DNA of 64,000 nt from Daphnia carinata (taxonomy: Eukaryota). Shown here piece after piece: positions 25,735-38,962 of this stretch. The position numbers and the translations under genes are program-made. Below the pieces are notes generated by a model. It made no database searches. It saw only the letters and a list, made by a program, of their open reading frames with translations, and was not told the DNA's origin. The DNA lies in assembly GCF_022539665.2 (NCBI RefSeq), contig NC_081331.1, positions 2,170,001 through 2,234,000 of the forward strand, read 5' to 3'. The stretch's first letter is position 1. Each line of letters begins with the position of its first letter.

Positions 25735-26725
25735 CTAAAACGAGGACTAAACAGCAACCACTTGGCCTTCTTTTCTAGAGCAAGAAACCGGGAACGCAGC
25801 CTTGCCAAATCGAAAGACACTCAAATGCGTATTTTCCGGCTTTGGCCTATCGAAGTGGAATGTATTGATCTCAGATGGATCTCATTTCTCTGTCATTTAT
25901 TAATTTTCCAGTGTTTTTTTTTAATTATTTGTAAAATATAATATCTCTCACAAATAATAATTAATCCTATTGATTGCACTTTCGTTATACAGCAACTGCA
26001 TGGGTTTTAACATTTTTTACAAGCAATTTTATAGCAAAAATATTCCAGATTTATTGAATAAGATAAAATTGCTAACTTTCTTTGCTACAAGATATTCTCA
26101 AAACATAATATTTTAAAATTTAAAATTACAAGTTCAAAAATGTGCTTTTTCAGAAAATGTCTTGTAGATGTTCCATAACTTATATTTGACATCGTTACCT
26201 CCGCCTCCCTTTTTCCACATTTTACATGTGGTAGTCGACAGGGTTTCCAGACAAAAATGAGAATAAGAAATGAAAAAATTTAATACAGTTTAAAGTATTG
26301 TATGCAACGAAAAAATATTGATTAACGATATATGGGAATTTTATAACGTTTAATGTAAATACGACAAATTTCATTACGTTGAAACGTCTCAGTTCCCAGG
26401 ATCCGGTCGGTTCTCGACCATGCCTGGCCCTCTGTCTGTAGACCGAGGTGTATGTCTGTATGCGCATACATACAGCGTATGTTGTTGATTCCGCGTGTCA
26501 GTTTTTGTCACGCACTCGCTTTTCCTCATTTCATTGAGCAGTGAAGGGGAGAAAACTCGCAGTGATCCATCGGATGGATGATGAAGAGTCATAGAAAATT
26601 GTTCGAGTGTATGTAAACATTCTACTAAGTTATTTATCAAAAGTCTGCATTATAAGATTATCTGTGACTGCTAATTGGAATCCACACGTGTCAGCCAGGC
26701 CAGTTGGTTAAGACGTAAAATAATC

Positions 26726-29700
26726 ATGGCGACCCTGACAGAGTCGACTGCCGTCGACTTGCCTTCGGCGAACGGTAATCATAAAGAAGCTATTAGCGAC
26801 ACACAAAAGTGTGGGCCTCCTTGCCAAGTAATCTCTCCCAAGAATCCCGATACCAATGATGAAAATGCCTGTTCCATTGAAAAAGCTACCGAAGAAGCAT
26901 TGAAGGAAGGAAGTGAGAATAAAAAATTTATTGAGGCCCCGATTCCTAAAGTAAATCCATGGACTGTCAATCGCACTGGTTCACACCAGGTTGGGCCAAG
27001 CAAGCCGCCATCAAGACATTTCCTAGGTAAGCACATTTCAATCCTTTCACTTTGCTCTGCCCTCATTCTGCACATGGTTTTCCCTGAGAGTAAACACAGT
27101 TGTTCATGCCAGTAAGTGCACACATGGCCATGTATGAGTAGCATAGCAGTGTGAGAGGCATCTTTTTCTTTACATAAAGGGATTGGTCTAAAACATTCAT
27201 TGTTTCATATAGGGAGACCCCTCCAGCAGCAAAGGCAGCAGCAACCTACAGTTGTTAAAGCCAATATAATGGATAGGAGAAAAGTCAATGTCAAGGTAAA
27301 ACAAAAAACTCAACAGTTGTCATCTTGATGCAAAGAGAAATATAAGTATAAGTAGGTTAAGATAAGACAAGGTGTTCAAAGTTTAGAAAGTATTGGTTTT
27401 TAACATCATATTGTAGGCAACGTAGCGACACCACGTGCGCTTTTTTTTGTTAAGTTAAACCAGTTAAACGTCATAGCGAATCTGGCGCAGTGGTAAGGAA
27501 TGGTTGCCTTAGGGAAGTTCCATTCCTCACCACCCGTTGCAGAACAAGGTAGTGCGATATAGTATTTTAGAATGTTTTTAAAGGAAAGGAAACCATGATG
27601 CCTGATTTATCAATAGGAATAATTTTTTATATTGTATCCGATGTGTCGAATTTTTTATCGTTTTCACTTGTAGTACTGGTCGCAGCGTTAGCCTTTATTT
27701 TTACTTGTTTACATGATAATCAGGCTAGCGATTTCAGTGACGTAGGAGACTGGCCGACCTTGGGCGAAGCTGCTCACGCAGCTGCAGTGGTACGACCGAA
27801 AGACGAAGTACCAACCGTTACGGTTTCGGTAATCAATAAGCCTCGCACCTGGGCAGATGAGGTATTGTATTCTCACATTTCCTCATCGATTTTCAGTCGA
27901 AGTTTATACATAATACAAATTAAAATATTCAGGTCATCGTCGAAGAATTGGAAGAGGGTGAAATTGTCGAGAATGATGAAGGGAAAAAGAAGCATGAAAT
28001 TACGAGTCGTGTGGAGAAAACCATTACACCTAAAAAGAATCTGCGCCGTTCCACTGGGGAAGAGTTAGAAGAAGGAGAAATAGTGAGCTCGGACGAGGAG
28101 GCTCATTTGCCTCAAGTAACTGTCCGGAAAACTGACAAAAAAATAACTCAGTCTAGCCCTAACAACGCAGCTTCAAACAATAAAGATAAACGAGGAGTAG
28201 AAAATAAAGAAAATCGCGCTGACAAAAAGAAAAAGGGTGGGTAGTTCTTAGACTTCGGGCATTCTGTAACATGTGTTAATATTTTTAATTTTCACAATAG
28301 GACCAAAACCCCGTTGGGTACCGCTCGATATCGAACCACCATCGGTACGACCAAAGTCCCAAAAAAATAAATCGTCTCGATCCCCAAAAGATGTATCTAA
28401 CAGTACTGCTCAAGATGGACGGAAAAGCGCTGCAAAAGGTTTTTTTTTGTTTTGTTTGCTTTATGCTTTCTTACACTCTTTCAAAATTGGTTATCAATGG
28501 ATGTTTTTGTTTGTTCACTTTCATCAAAATATTTTTTTAATCGTAGGAGAAGTTAAAGAAAAGAGAATCAACGGCGACCAACAAGAATCTGGTGGTCCTC
28601 AAAGGAATAACCGTGGAATGTCCGGCTCTGGTCGTGCAGGACGTGGACGTCATCGATCACGAGGGAATGCGCTTGGTCGCTCTCGATCAGCACCTCACGG
28701 CGATGGAATTATTGAATATTCAGATTTTATGGCACCCATATTCTCAGCTGGATTGGCAGATTATGGCACTCAAGACTCTCCATTTGTAACTCCGTTTGTT
28801 GGTATGGCTGTCGGTGGCGTTGGCCTGGGTCATGTCCCTACCAACGTGGCTCTTCTCGTTCCCGCTGTTCTACAGCCGCATACGAAACCAGTTGGAGATG
28901 CATCAGTCGTGAAAGATCTTGTGAGGAAACAAGTGTAAGTGAATATTTCCCGATCCCTGATGTCAAAGTTTAATCTTTTTTTTTTTTTTTTTTTTTATAT
29001 AACATATTACATATTACAGTGAATACTACTTCAGTGAGGACAATTTGCAAAGAGATTTTTTCTTACGTCGTAAAATGGACTCCGAAGGTTATCTACCTAT
29101 ATCGCTAATTGCATCCTTTCATCGCGTTCAAGCATTAACACAAGATGTCAGTCTCGTTATACAAGCACTTCAGCAATCCTCTTTGTTAAAAATCAAAGAC
29201 TTGGTGAAGGTATGTTAAGCTCTTTTTCTCCAGTAACTGATAGCTTACTTACATTTCTTGGTTCTTTCTGACAAGGTTCGAACTGTTAATGATCCTGAAA
29301 AATGGCCCATCCTTCCTGAAACGGTTAAAAGCGAAGAGCAACCAGAAACAATTGTGACATCCACAGGAGGCAATCTTGAAGAGAAATCTGTAAATATTGA
29401 GACACCTAATATCACGATGCCTGAACCCGAATCCGCTAAAGTGGAAGTGATAAAACCTGATACAACGAAAGTTGGTCCAGCCAAACCTAAATCACCGAAA
29501 AGTGGACCAACCAAATCTGAAGGTTTGCGAAGTTTAGCTGCACTGTCGTACTTTATAAAACAATGCGGTTTTATATATATCTTTTTTTTTTTGTTTTTTT
29601 AAGTCGTGACTACAAACGAAAATGCAAAGACTAGTCTTCCTAAAACAAACGAAGAAGAATGGAAAGAGGTGAGAATACTTCTGCTATTTATAATACTTGT

Positions 29701-31713
29701 TTCTTGTGTAATATATTCAATATCATAGGTCAAGCGCCGTGTTAGAGATAGGCAGTCATCAGTTTCATCCTCTAGTGGAACCTTACCCTACGAAGCGGCA
29801 GTGGAAGAGAAAATAGCTGGTCGATCGAGGCAGTCATCTGTTAGTTTGTCTAAAAACGCAATTGGTCCAAAATGTGAAGATAGGGAAGAACTCGATTTTC
29901 AATTCGACGAAGAATTGGACCGGCTACCGGTGGTGAAACAGAATACTTTTACCACTGATTGGTCTGATTCTGACGACGGTGAATACGATGAAGTCGGCGA
30001 TGATTTCATAAACAAGGTAAACATCAGTAGTTTCTTTCCCTTTACAGGTATTAGGAAGGCTATTTTTTTTTTAATCTACTTATTTTAGATTTTGATTGTC
30101 ACGCAAAGCAATCGGCCAACCAAACACGAAGGTTATGACCGAACTGGAGATTGGACAACGCGCACCAAAATCACACAAGAACTCGTGCACGACATAGAGG
30201 ATGGATTGCGTTATTATGAGCAAGACTTGTGGAACGATCACGAATGGGCTCCTTCGGTTAATCCCACCTCATCTTTCAAGGTAATGAACTTCCTATAGTT
30301 TTCAGATGGTTATCGTAAAAATCGTATTATTTTTTAGACTGTCAATTTGATATCGCGTGAAGATTTTGAAAAGATAGCACCGAAGTCGCAAAAACAGGAT
30401 ATACCTCAACCTCCTCCACCACCTCCACCTTCTCTAAGAATTTCTTCTATGCATAATCGAGGAAGAGGAAGAAAACCAGAAGTATTTTAAGCAACTTTAT
30501 TCCGTACAGCGTTCCGCGGCATTAATGTATTTTCCTGCTGTGTTTTCATTCTAGGTGCCACGCTTTTATCCGGTAACGAAAACGGATCCAATACATTTCG
30601 ATGAACGCACACCTCGCAAAAGAAAGACAAGGCATGGCGATAATCCACCTGTAGAGTGTCACGTTGGGTAATAGAACTACCTACTAGCTTACACTATTTG
30701 TTGAAAGGGTACATTGTTCTTTTCCGTGTGTTAGGTGGGTGGTAGACTCAAAAGAACACAGAGTACGAACAACCAGCGTAGGAAGCTGTGACTTGGGCAC
30801 TAGCCCTGCGGAAAAGAGTTCAATAGCAGGTAGCTACGGTAGCACACCTCAGTCGCTACCGACTTTCCAACATCCATCACACGCACTGCTAAAGGAAAAT
30901 GGTTTTACGCAACAAGTATACACCCGCTATCGTGCTCGATGTCTCAAAGGTAAATTTATACGATTTTTCTCCTTTACTTCTTAATGCTTAAGTTTAATTA
31001 TCATTTATTTGAAGAACGCAAACGTGTGGGAGTTGGTCAGTCACCCGAGATGAATACGCTGTTTCGTTTTTGGTCGTTTTTCCTTCGTGCCAACTTTAAC
31101 CGAAAAATGTTTGACGAGTTCCGTCGGCTTGCTCTTGAAGACGCGGCTGTTGGTTATCGTTACGGACTGGAGTGCCTCTTCCGTTACTTCTCGTACGGAT
31201 TGGAAAAACATTATCGCCAAGAACTCTACCAGGTTTTCCAGGAAGAAACAATTCGCGACTACGAAACGGGTCAACTTTACGGCCTTGAGAAATTTTGGGC
31301 CTTTTTAAAATACTACAAAAACGGCCGGAAACTCTCAGTCGACCCCAAACTTCAGGAATATTTGTCCAAGTTTAAAACTATCGAAGATTTCCGCGTCGTC
31401 CAGCCTCTTGATCAACGTAGATCCAAGGTAAGATTCTATCGATGTTTACGTTGAGGTACAGATCATTAAAGCATGTATTCTTCTTATTGGGTAACAGTCA
31501 CTAGGCAACAGAAAACGATCGGAATCTGAAAGCTTAGGCGATGCTCGCAGATTTACTAAGCAATCGTTCCATCATCAGATGACTAAGAGGTATGGCTCCG
31601 GAAGGATTGTTCATGTTTCTTCTGACGAACCAACAGCCAAAAACGTGAATACCGCTGTGAAAACCAATCGTCGAACGCGTTCACAGAGCTTTACTGACAA
31701 TTCGACCGCGTAG
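26726..31713 (+). CDS. LARP1: La-related protein 1 (La motif, PAM2-like motif, DM15 cap/TOP-binding repeats), multi-exon; alternative end at 31790 possible
   Basis: [26 protein letters not shown]; La motif [83 protein letters not shown]15 [46 protein letters not shown]. Confidence 0.95.
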
Positions 31714-33008
31714 GGAGAAAACCGGACTGAGAAGGGTGGGGAGGGATAATTCGACCTGATAAAGAAACACGAGTACAAAGCGCGAAATAATGAAAGTCGG
31801 TTAGTTTACTCAAAAAAGTCTGCCCAAATTTTTCAGATTTATCAATCCAGACAGACGTAACATCTTGAAAAAAACAACTATAAAAACAAAAAAAAATTTT
31901 ACGATATAGGACTCCAGTGAAGTAGTGTGTGCCTTTGGGTGGGTTGTAAACTTTTCTCTTTTCTCTTGTTTGCAAAAAAAAGAACCCACGCCTAAACGAA
32001 ACCATCACGCGAATTCATTTTGATTTATTAATATCCCTACGGTGCGCTCGAAAGACGCTTAAATTTAGTTATTTCACTTTCCGTGTGAGAATTTCTTCTG
32101 TATTCTGTTTTCTACGTCGTTTCTCTGGGTAAGAAGTATGGACTTTCTTTTTGTTTGTTCAATTGTCCTCGAGAAAAAAGAATGCTCGCTTTCGGGCATA
32201 TGTATAATTTTTTTCTTTTTTCATGGAAGACGTCTAGGGGAAACATCAACATTTCATATTTAGAACGTCTCAGTTTTTGAGAATCTTTCGTGTAAGACGT
32301 CTATGTTTGATGCTCGTAGATGTAGAATTTATCGAGGAATTCTTTTTTGGTTTTTACGATGCCAAAACAGCGATTCACTTCGTAATTGTTTAGAAACAGA
32401 AAATTTCCTTCTTGGAATGTCAAGCTTTTTCATTTTTCATAAAGTGCATGGTAAACGTGCGTGTCGTTTTTTTTTCGTGGGATTTTGGTAGGGATAATTT
32501 CATCTTCTATCTGTTTGTGGGGCTTTGACATACTTTTCAACCCTTTATTAATTCAAATGTGGCGACTCAAATGAAGAAAAAAAATGTATATCATACTATG
32601 TATTTTCTTACGCTCTTTTTTTGCACTTTCTTTCTTTGTTCATAAGTGACAAATAAATTAATTTAGCCCAACAAATGTTTTTTGGTATTTTCTTTCTTGT
32701 TAAGTTTTCTGATCAAACAAACAAATATGGAAATGAGCTAATAATCTAGCATTTGGCTTTTCTCAGCAAAAAGTCCATTATGTTTTCTTTTATAGTTCAC
32801 TAATGAATTGCTCACTGATGTCAGAATATATATAATTTGAGAGGTATTTGTATACACCTTGACCTGCAAAACACTCACTTGACACAACCGAGAACTAAAC
32901 TTGATAAGCACGATTCTAATCTTATAATGAAGAGGCTCAAAATGAAAACAACAAAAACAAAATATAAATAGCAGTCGCCGAGACTAGGTGGCCATTGGAA
33001 TGTCTCAA

Positions 33009-35077
33009 TTATAGGATGAAAATTTCTGCATAATGAGACAATATGTGCTCCGTTAGGGCATTAATGGGACCAATGGCCGCTAAAGACATTTGCTGGTTCT
33101 GAGACCAGACTAAATTGGGCCCAAACACCACAGCAAGATTGAAAGATGTCATTTTGTTAAGGTCGCTCCTGTCTTGAACCTATGACGCAATAGGATTATT
33201 GCTGTACGTATGTTTAGAAAGTGAAACATGGAAATCCTACTTTAGCAAGAAATTGTGCGAGGTATTTCAACAATATGTAATTATCTTCGGGCAACCGTTC
33301 CAAGATAAGCGTTTTCACCATTTGAGCACGCTCCTCCTTGTTTAAGCCTATTGACGACACGAAACTAAATTTGGATGATAGAGCTAAAAAATGACGTATG
33401 AAACAAAATAACTTACGCTGAAAATTGATGATATCATCGAACAAGTCAAAAGTCATAAGGGGTTCTTTTAGTTCCCGTAAAAACGTTTTTAACGTTACTG
33501 CAGCTAGATGATAATCACCAGGAAAGTCATGCTGAAAGTCAATGGTTTCACCCCGATTAATACGGGACTGGACATCACGAACCAATGTTACACTTGCTGA
33601 ACGGCGGAATAACCCTTCCGTTTCTAGAGCTGTAACATAAAGTTTACATTACAGTAATAGATTGCTTTCAGTATTATAACTCAGAGAATTACCATCCGGT
33701 TGGCTAAGAAATTCCACACATCGGCAAACTATCGGCGGAATCACCTGTCCGTTGTTGTGGTTCTTGATAAATTGCAGTGACACACCAAATTGTTGGGTGG
33801 GTAAAGGCTGGCTAGAGGACGCGGAATCCACTTGAGAATCCTGTCCAGATTTATTTGCATTTTTTGACACCAACATAGCATCATGTCTAAGGTTCCCCAG
33901 AAAAATTAACAATTAATAAGAAAATTTCCACATAAATCATTGCGATGTTGAATCTTTGGATTTTTTACGTCAGAACAGGAGGTGGTATGCAAACTTGATT
34001 TAGATGGATATGGTTTCCCAGTTCGCTGAGGTAATTGACGTACATCATTTTACGCCCGAATTTTATGCTGGAAATAAACTGTTATTCTGCTGAAAGCTGC
34101 AAATATTAAGAAGAGCTATACCTTATAAATGGCTTGAACAATTGCCAAATGACTCGAATGAAGTTCGTCGGATGTACGAGGTACAACGCTTTCAAGTTTT
34201 TTTTGTACTTGCGATCGAAAGCTCGATAAGCCTGCAAAAGCCATCGAAAAGATGGTTTGTTCTGACTGTTGAGACCATGATGGAAGTACACAACAGTGTA
34301 ATCAGTTTCAACATAATTGTCTAAAGTGTGCATCAGGTAGCTGAAAAAATGGCAGTGTTTAGAATATTGATACTTGTCCAAAGGAAATTTGCATACTGAT
34401 ATTACCTCAATAATCTATTATGATCCAACACTTTGTTACTTGGTAATCTGCATGCAGAAACAACTGAAATAAAAAGCCAAAGAAGTGTTTATGAACAATA
34501 CAGTCAGCATTTGTAATACTATAATAATAAATAACTATAGAATAAATATACACTAACCAATAACTTTACGTCCATAAGTGTCGTCACCCACCACATCCAC
34601 AATTCTATGTTGAGCAACATCAAGGAAATCATCTACAACTTCTTTTGAAAGTTCACCTAAAGCAGGAATTAGGGATGGATATTCTGGAATCAGAGACGGC
34701 AAGCCAAAAGCCTCTTCAAAATTTTCTTCAATGGTGCCATCAGACACAGGTGTTTCTAGAAATTCTTCTACTTCTATTCCACTGGCATCACCTATAGCAA
34801 GATAATGTTATTTTACAGTTCAGGTGATGCCGCAAGAACTATCGAATATACCTTCTGCATTTACTGGTTGTTGAAGTTCAGAATCATCAAATTCCAAATT
34901 TGGCTCATAATCATGTATATCTGAAAGGCTAGGATATGGATCTTCAGCATCTCCTACTAAATATGCTGTCACAAAAATGGTTTTTAAACTTAAAAAAAAA
35001 AATGCATCGAGATATATTAAAAGCCAAAAGTTACCAGGTATTGCAGACTTCGGTTTGCTGGGATTATCGCGATTCAT
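33009..35077 (-). CDS. ARHGAP1: Rho GTPase-activating protein with BCH/CRAL-TRIO and RhoGAP domains (ARHGAP1/p50RhoGAP, RhoGAP68F-like), multi-exon
   Basis: [91 protein letters not shown] (arginine finger), [33 protein letters not shown]. Confidence 0.92.
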
Positions 35078-35599
35078 TTCCTGACTCGTTGATGTGGCAT
35101 TTGATATTGGTTTCTCCAAAAGTTCTTTCGATAGATTAGAGAACAGTAACCTAGATAAAGCGATGTGCCAAATTGCAATCTAGAATTAACAAAAAACCAA
35201 TAATCGGTTCCCAAATACCTCAGAAAAAATTATACAATCTGAAGCGGAAGATCGTTTTTCTGTATGTAATCAATCTGTTGCTATAGCTTTTAGCCGCAGG
35301 CAGCTGTCAAACCCTCATAACAATACACACACGAATGGTGCCGACCTATGTAGTGTGTATGTGTACACCCCTTCATATGAGGAAGAGGAAACGAGCATTG
35401 TACAGTACACGATCGTAATACGGCAACCCTTTTGGTTTAAAAAAAGTTACGGTTGTTGAACCTTATGGCCCCGCGGTGTCTGAAAATGAATAAACGATAG
35501 CAGACGAAAATGCGATTGAATCTGCCAGGGTAAAATAGATGTATAGGAACTAAGAACCGCAATTGAATGAAAAAATTGTAGAATCTCATTAAAATTAAA

Positions 35600-38500
35600 A
35601 TGTTGTCTCCAAACAAAAAGTATTCTTTACCTAATTCTACTGGTTGCTATTCATTTTCAAACCACCCCTATGAAGATTTTCTAGAAGAATATCATGGTTT
35701 TTCAGACATCCCCATCAAGGTAACTCGTTGATGACATGATGACAAAGGCTGTTTTAAAATTTTTAAAACCAGATGTAACATTTTTTAGGTTTTAATTTTG
35801 TCCTGTGGGGATTTACCTTTTGCTGTATATTATACCTCTCTCTGTTCCAATCAGAGAATTACCAACATCACTGTTACAGATGTATCTTCTATCACAACAG
35901 CAAGAAATGTCTTGTTTGTGAAAATTATTAGTGATATTACGTTTGATCTTAATAGTGATGAAGATCTCCAATACTTATGGAATGTTTGGTATAATATGAA
36001 GTGGTCATCGAAAACTAAAAATAGATTTTTGAAAGATGTAACAGAATTATACACAGGGAAGCTCCCACACAACTTGAAAGTTCCAGTAAAAAGTGATATG
36101 GTTTTGCTACAGATTATTTGGGGTGCCTGGATTTCATCAGTTTCAGATATGAATCCAAACTCTATACAACAAATTTGCGACCAAAGGTATGTCGTAATAA
36201 TATATTGTATAAATATTTTTTTTTAATGTACCTTCTTTCAATAGATATGAATCAATTATCAACCACATCCAAGGGATTGTATCAAACAAAGTTCCAAAAC
36301 TGAAAAGCAATGTTTACAAACCAACATTGACTGAAGTTTGGGATTGGATGATTACTGTGACCAAAGATCACACTGACCATAAATCAACAAAAAATGCCAA
36401 GGAAATTCGTACCTATTTTGAAACAGGGAATTGTTGCGAAAGCCAAGATCTGAAGGCCTGCATTAATCCAACATTTTTAAATCCAAAAACTGGTCGATGG
36501 GCACTGGATTCTTCCGTTTCTCCTTTTGAAACATATTTCAATCTCAAGCAGTTGACTCATCACGATTTTGAGAACGATTTTCTTAACTCATGCAAGAGAG
36601 GCTTATACAATCAAGTTGAAAACTTCCAAAAGTGGTTGTCGAACGGCACGTTGTCGTTAAATATTGGCGATCCCTTAGAACTTTGCCTTCGCAAGACGTG
36701 GACAGATCTATTTAACATTGTAGACTGTTCCAAACTGCCGGATCATGTTGGATTGGCAAACATTCTCAATGCTGCACGGCTCGCATTGGTCGACGAACCT
36801 CACGCAATTCTTTTAACTCGTTCATCCCCGTGGCGGGACAATACTACAGGTGTGCGCTACGATTCCGTCAAGGAGTTTATTGAAGAATCTCTCTGTTCTT
36901 CTATAAAAATGATACCAAGTTTGTATGGTTTGATGTTAATTAATCATGTTCATCTGGGTAACCCTTTACCACTTCGAACAAGCTGGCGCCCATCTGCCCG
37001 CCTTCAATGGACGCACAGCTTAAGCTTCAAAAACATGCACATTGAATGCGGTGGCGCCATTAACGATTTTTTTGAAACTCTTCAAGCAAAGAGTTTTTGC
37101 AATCTAGAGTCGGAGAACAAAAATGCATGTGAATCCTCATTTACTCCCCTTTCCTATTGTTATTTGGTAAGCTCCTTTACCGCACGAGTGGAACTTGTTG
37201 AAACCAATCGTGAATGTCTGGAACATCCGCTTCTTCCGCCATCACTGCAACTTGGGTGGAATACTCTTCAAGCCTGGATGAAGGGAGAAAGGGTCCTCCA
37301 TATGAAAATTAAACTTTTACACACAAATAAAGAAGATGGGCCGTTACGGCTAGTATTGGCTCCTCAAAGTGACGCAACTGCGCAGTATATCGATAGCTTT
37401 GAACTGAGCTGCGATGGATGTAATATAGAAGTATCCTTTATGCTTTTGGAAAGTCACAATCTTGACCTAAAAACTACGGCTGTGTATCTTACAAGTGGCA
37501 TAGCGCGAACAGTGATTTCGTCGTATTGTTTTCTGGCTGATGCTTCCTCTACACTCTTCCATTTTCCACCGCCATTCAGAGCCAAGGAAAATTCAACAGC
37601 TTTTCTAACATGCCTCGAGTTTGAAGAGTTTTATCATGTTGATTTACCAGGAATTGCACAGGACGGTAATTACATACGCGTATAACTGAAGAATCAAACA
37701 TTTAACTGCTAACTTACCATCGTCTGTTTAGACATTATCTTGTCAACAGACAGGGAGCCACCGTCTGAAGCGGGGCATCGTGTGACACTTGTAGCTGGCG
37801 CGATTTGTCAGGAATTGACATTCCCATGGCCATTTAAAGAAGCTGGTGTTCACACTTCCTGCGATGAGGACGACAGCCGTGTTCGCCTAATCTTACCAAA
37901 GTCGATGAACGAGCCGCATCCCTTCGAGTGGAAGGATCGTAGAAAATGGGACATCAGCTTATTAAATCCATGGAATCCCGAAACTCTGTTGAAAGACCTT
38001 AACTTCCATCTTAGCGCTCAATTTGACTGTTGTGAGTTGAAGCGTCAGATGTTGAATGAGGCAGACAATGATACAATTAGCCCTAGCTCGTTTCTCAAAG
38101 GAGTAAGAGAAATAATTCGAACGCTTTTCCAGTCCACCATATTGGATGGTAATCTTCTATACGTTATACGATCTAAGGTAAACATTTTCTTTAAAAGAAG
38201 AAATTATTTTGTCTAATAATTGCGGAAACCAATAATTTTTCAGAACGACCCTAAACTGAAAAATCTGTGGTTCATCCGAGTGCATCTTCCAATACTTGTT
38301 TCCCCGTCATTGGCTCCAATATTACTGTTGACTGCCAATGACCATCGTTTGGCACAGAAGTTGGTTGATTGCGGGAAACTGGAGCAAACCACTGCTACAG
38401 AAGACTTTAAACGTATTTTTGTTGAAGGAGTGTCATCCTCCGAAGTATGTCCTATCTTCGTCAAATCAGAGGAAGAAGAAAGTGTTCTGCGCTATTTACT

Positions 38501-38849
38501 GCGCGTTAATGCTACCAAAGTATTCACAAATGCATGGCCCATCAAGCAGATACCTGTCGGGGAAACTAGTCCATGGCTTTGTACTTTTGTTTCTCCGAGC
38601 TATGCAGATCAAACAGGAACTGACGCTGAAATGGAGGAGTTAGTGGCTGCTACCAATAAGGTTTCCATCCAGACACAGGAGGAGAAAAATATTTTGTTTC
38701 AAGAGCGTTCGCTAGCATCGAGCGTATGTTCAAGATGTAAACAGACTAAGGAAAATCTCAAGCGTTGCTCACGATGCAGATCAGTAAAGTATTGCAGTGT
38801 CGATTGTCAACGGTCAGATTGGTCATCACACAAAGCGTCATGTCTCTAG
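35600..38849 (+). CDS. DUF4470-like (methyltransferase-fold) protein with C-terminal MYND zinc finger, ~5 exons
   Basis: N-terminal FSNHPYEDFL...K|VLILSCGDL...TARNVLF and internal FNIVDCSKLPDHVGLANIL resemble DUF4470-MYND proteins (recognised from memory, not searched). C-terminal CSRC..LKRCSRCRSVKYCSVDCQRSDWSSHKASC is a clear MYND finger. Confidence 0.75.
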
Positions 38850-38962
38850 CACGCAGTCTTGGTCGCCAATAAACTTACTGTATGTATTTTCGGTTATCTT
38901 TTCAATTGTATTGTCCCTTAGTTACAAACACCCGAGGGAGATGTGCAAGGCTGATGCAAGAT

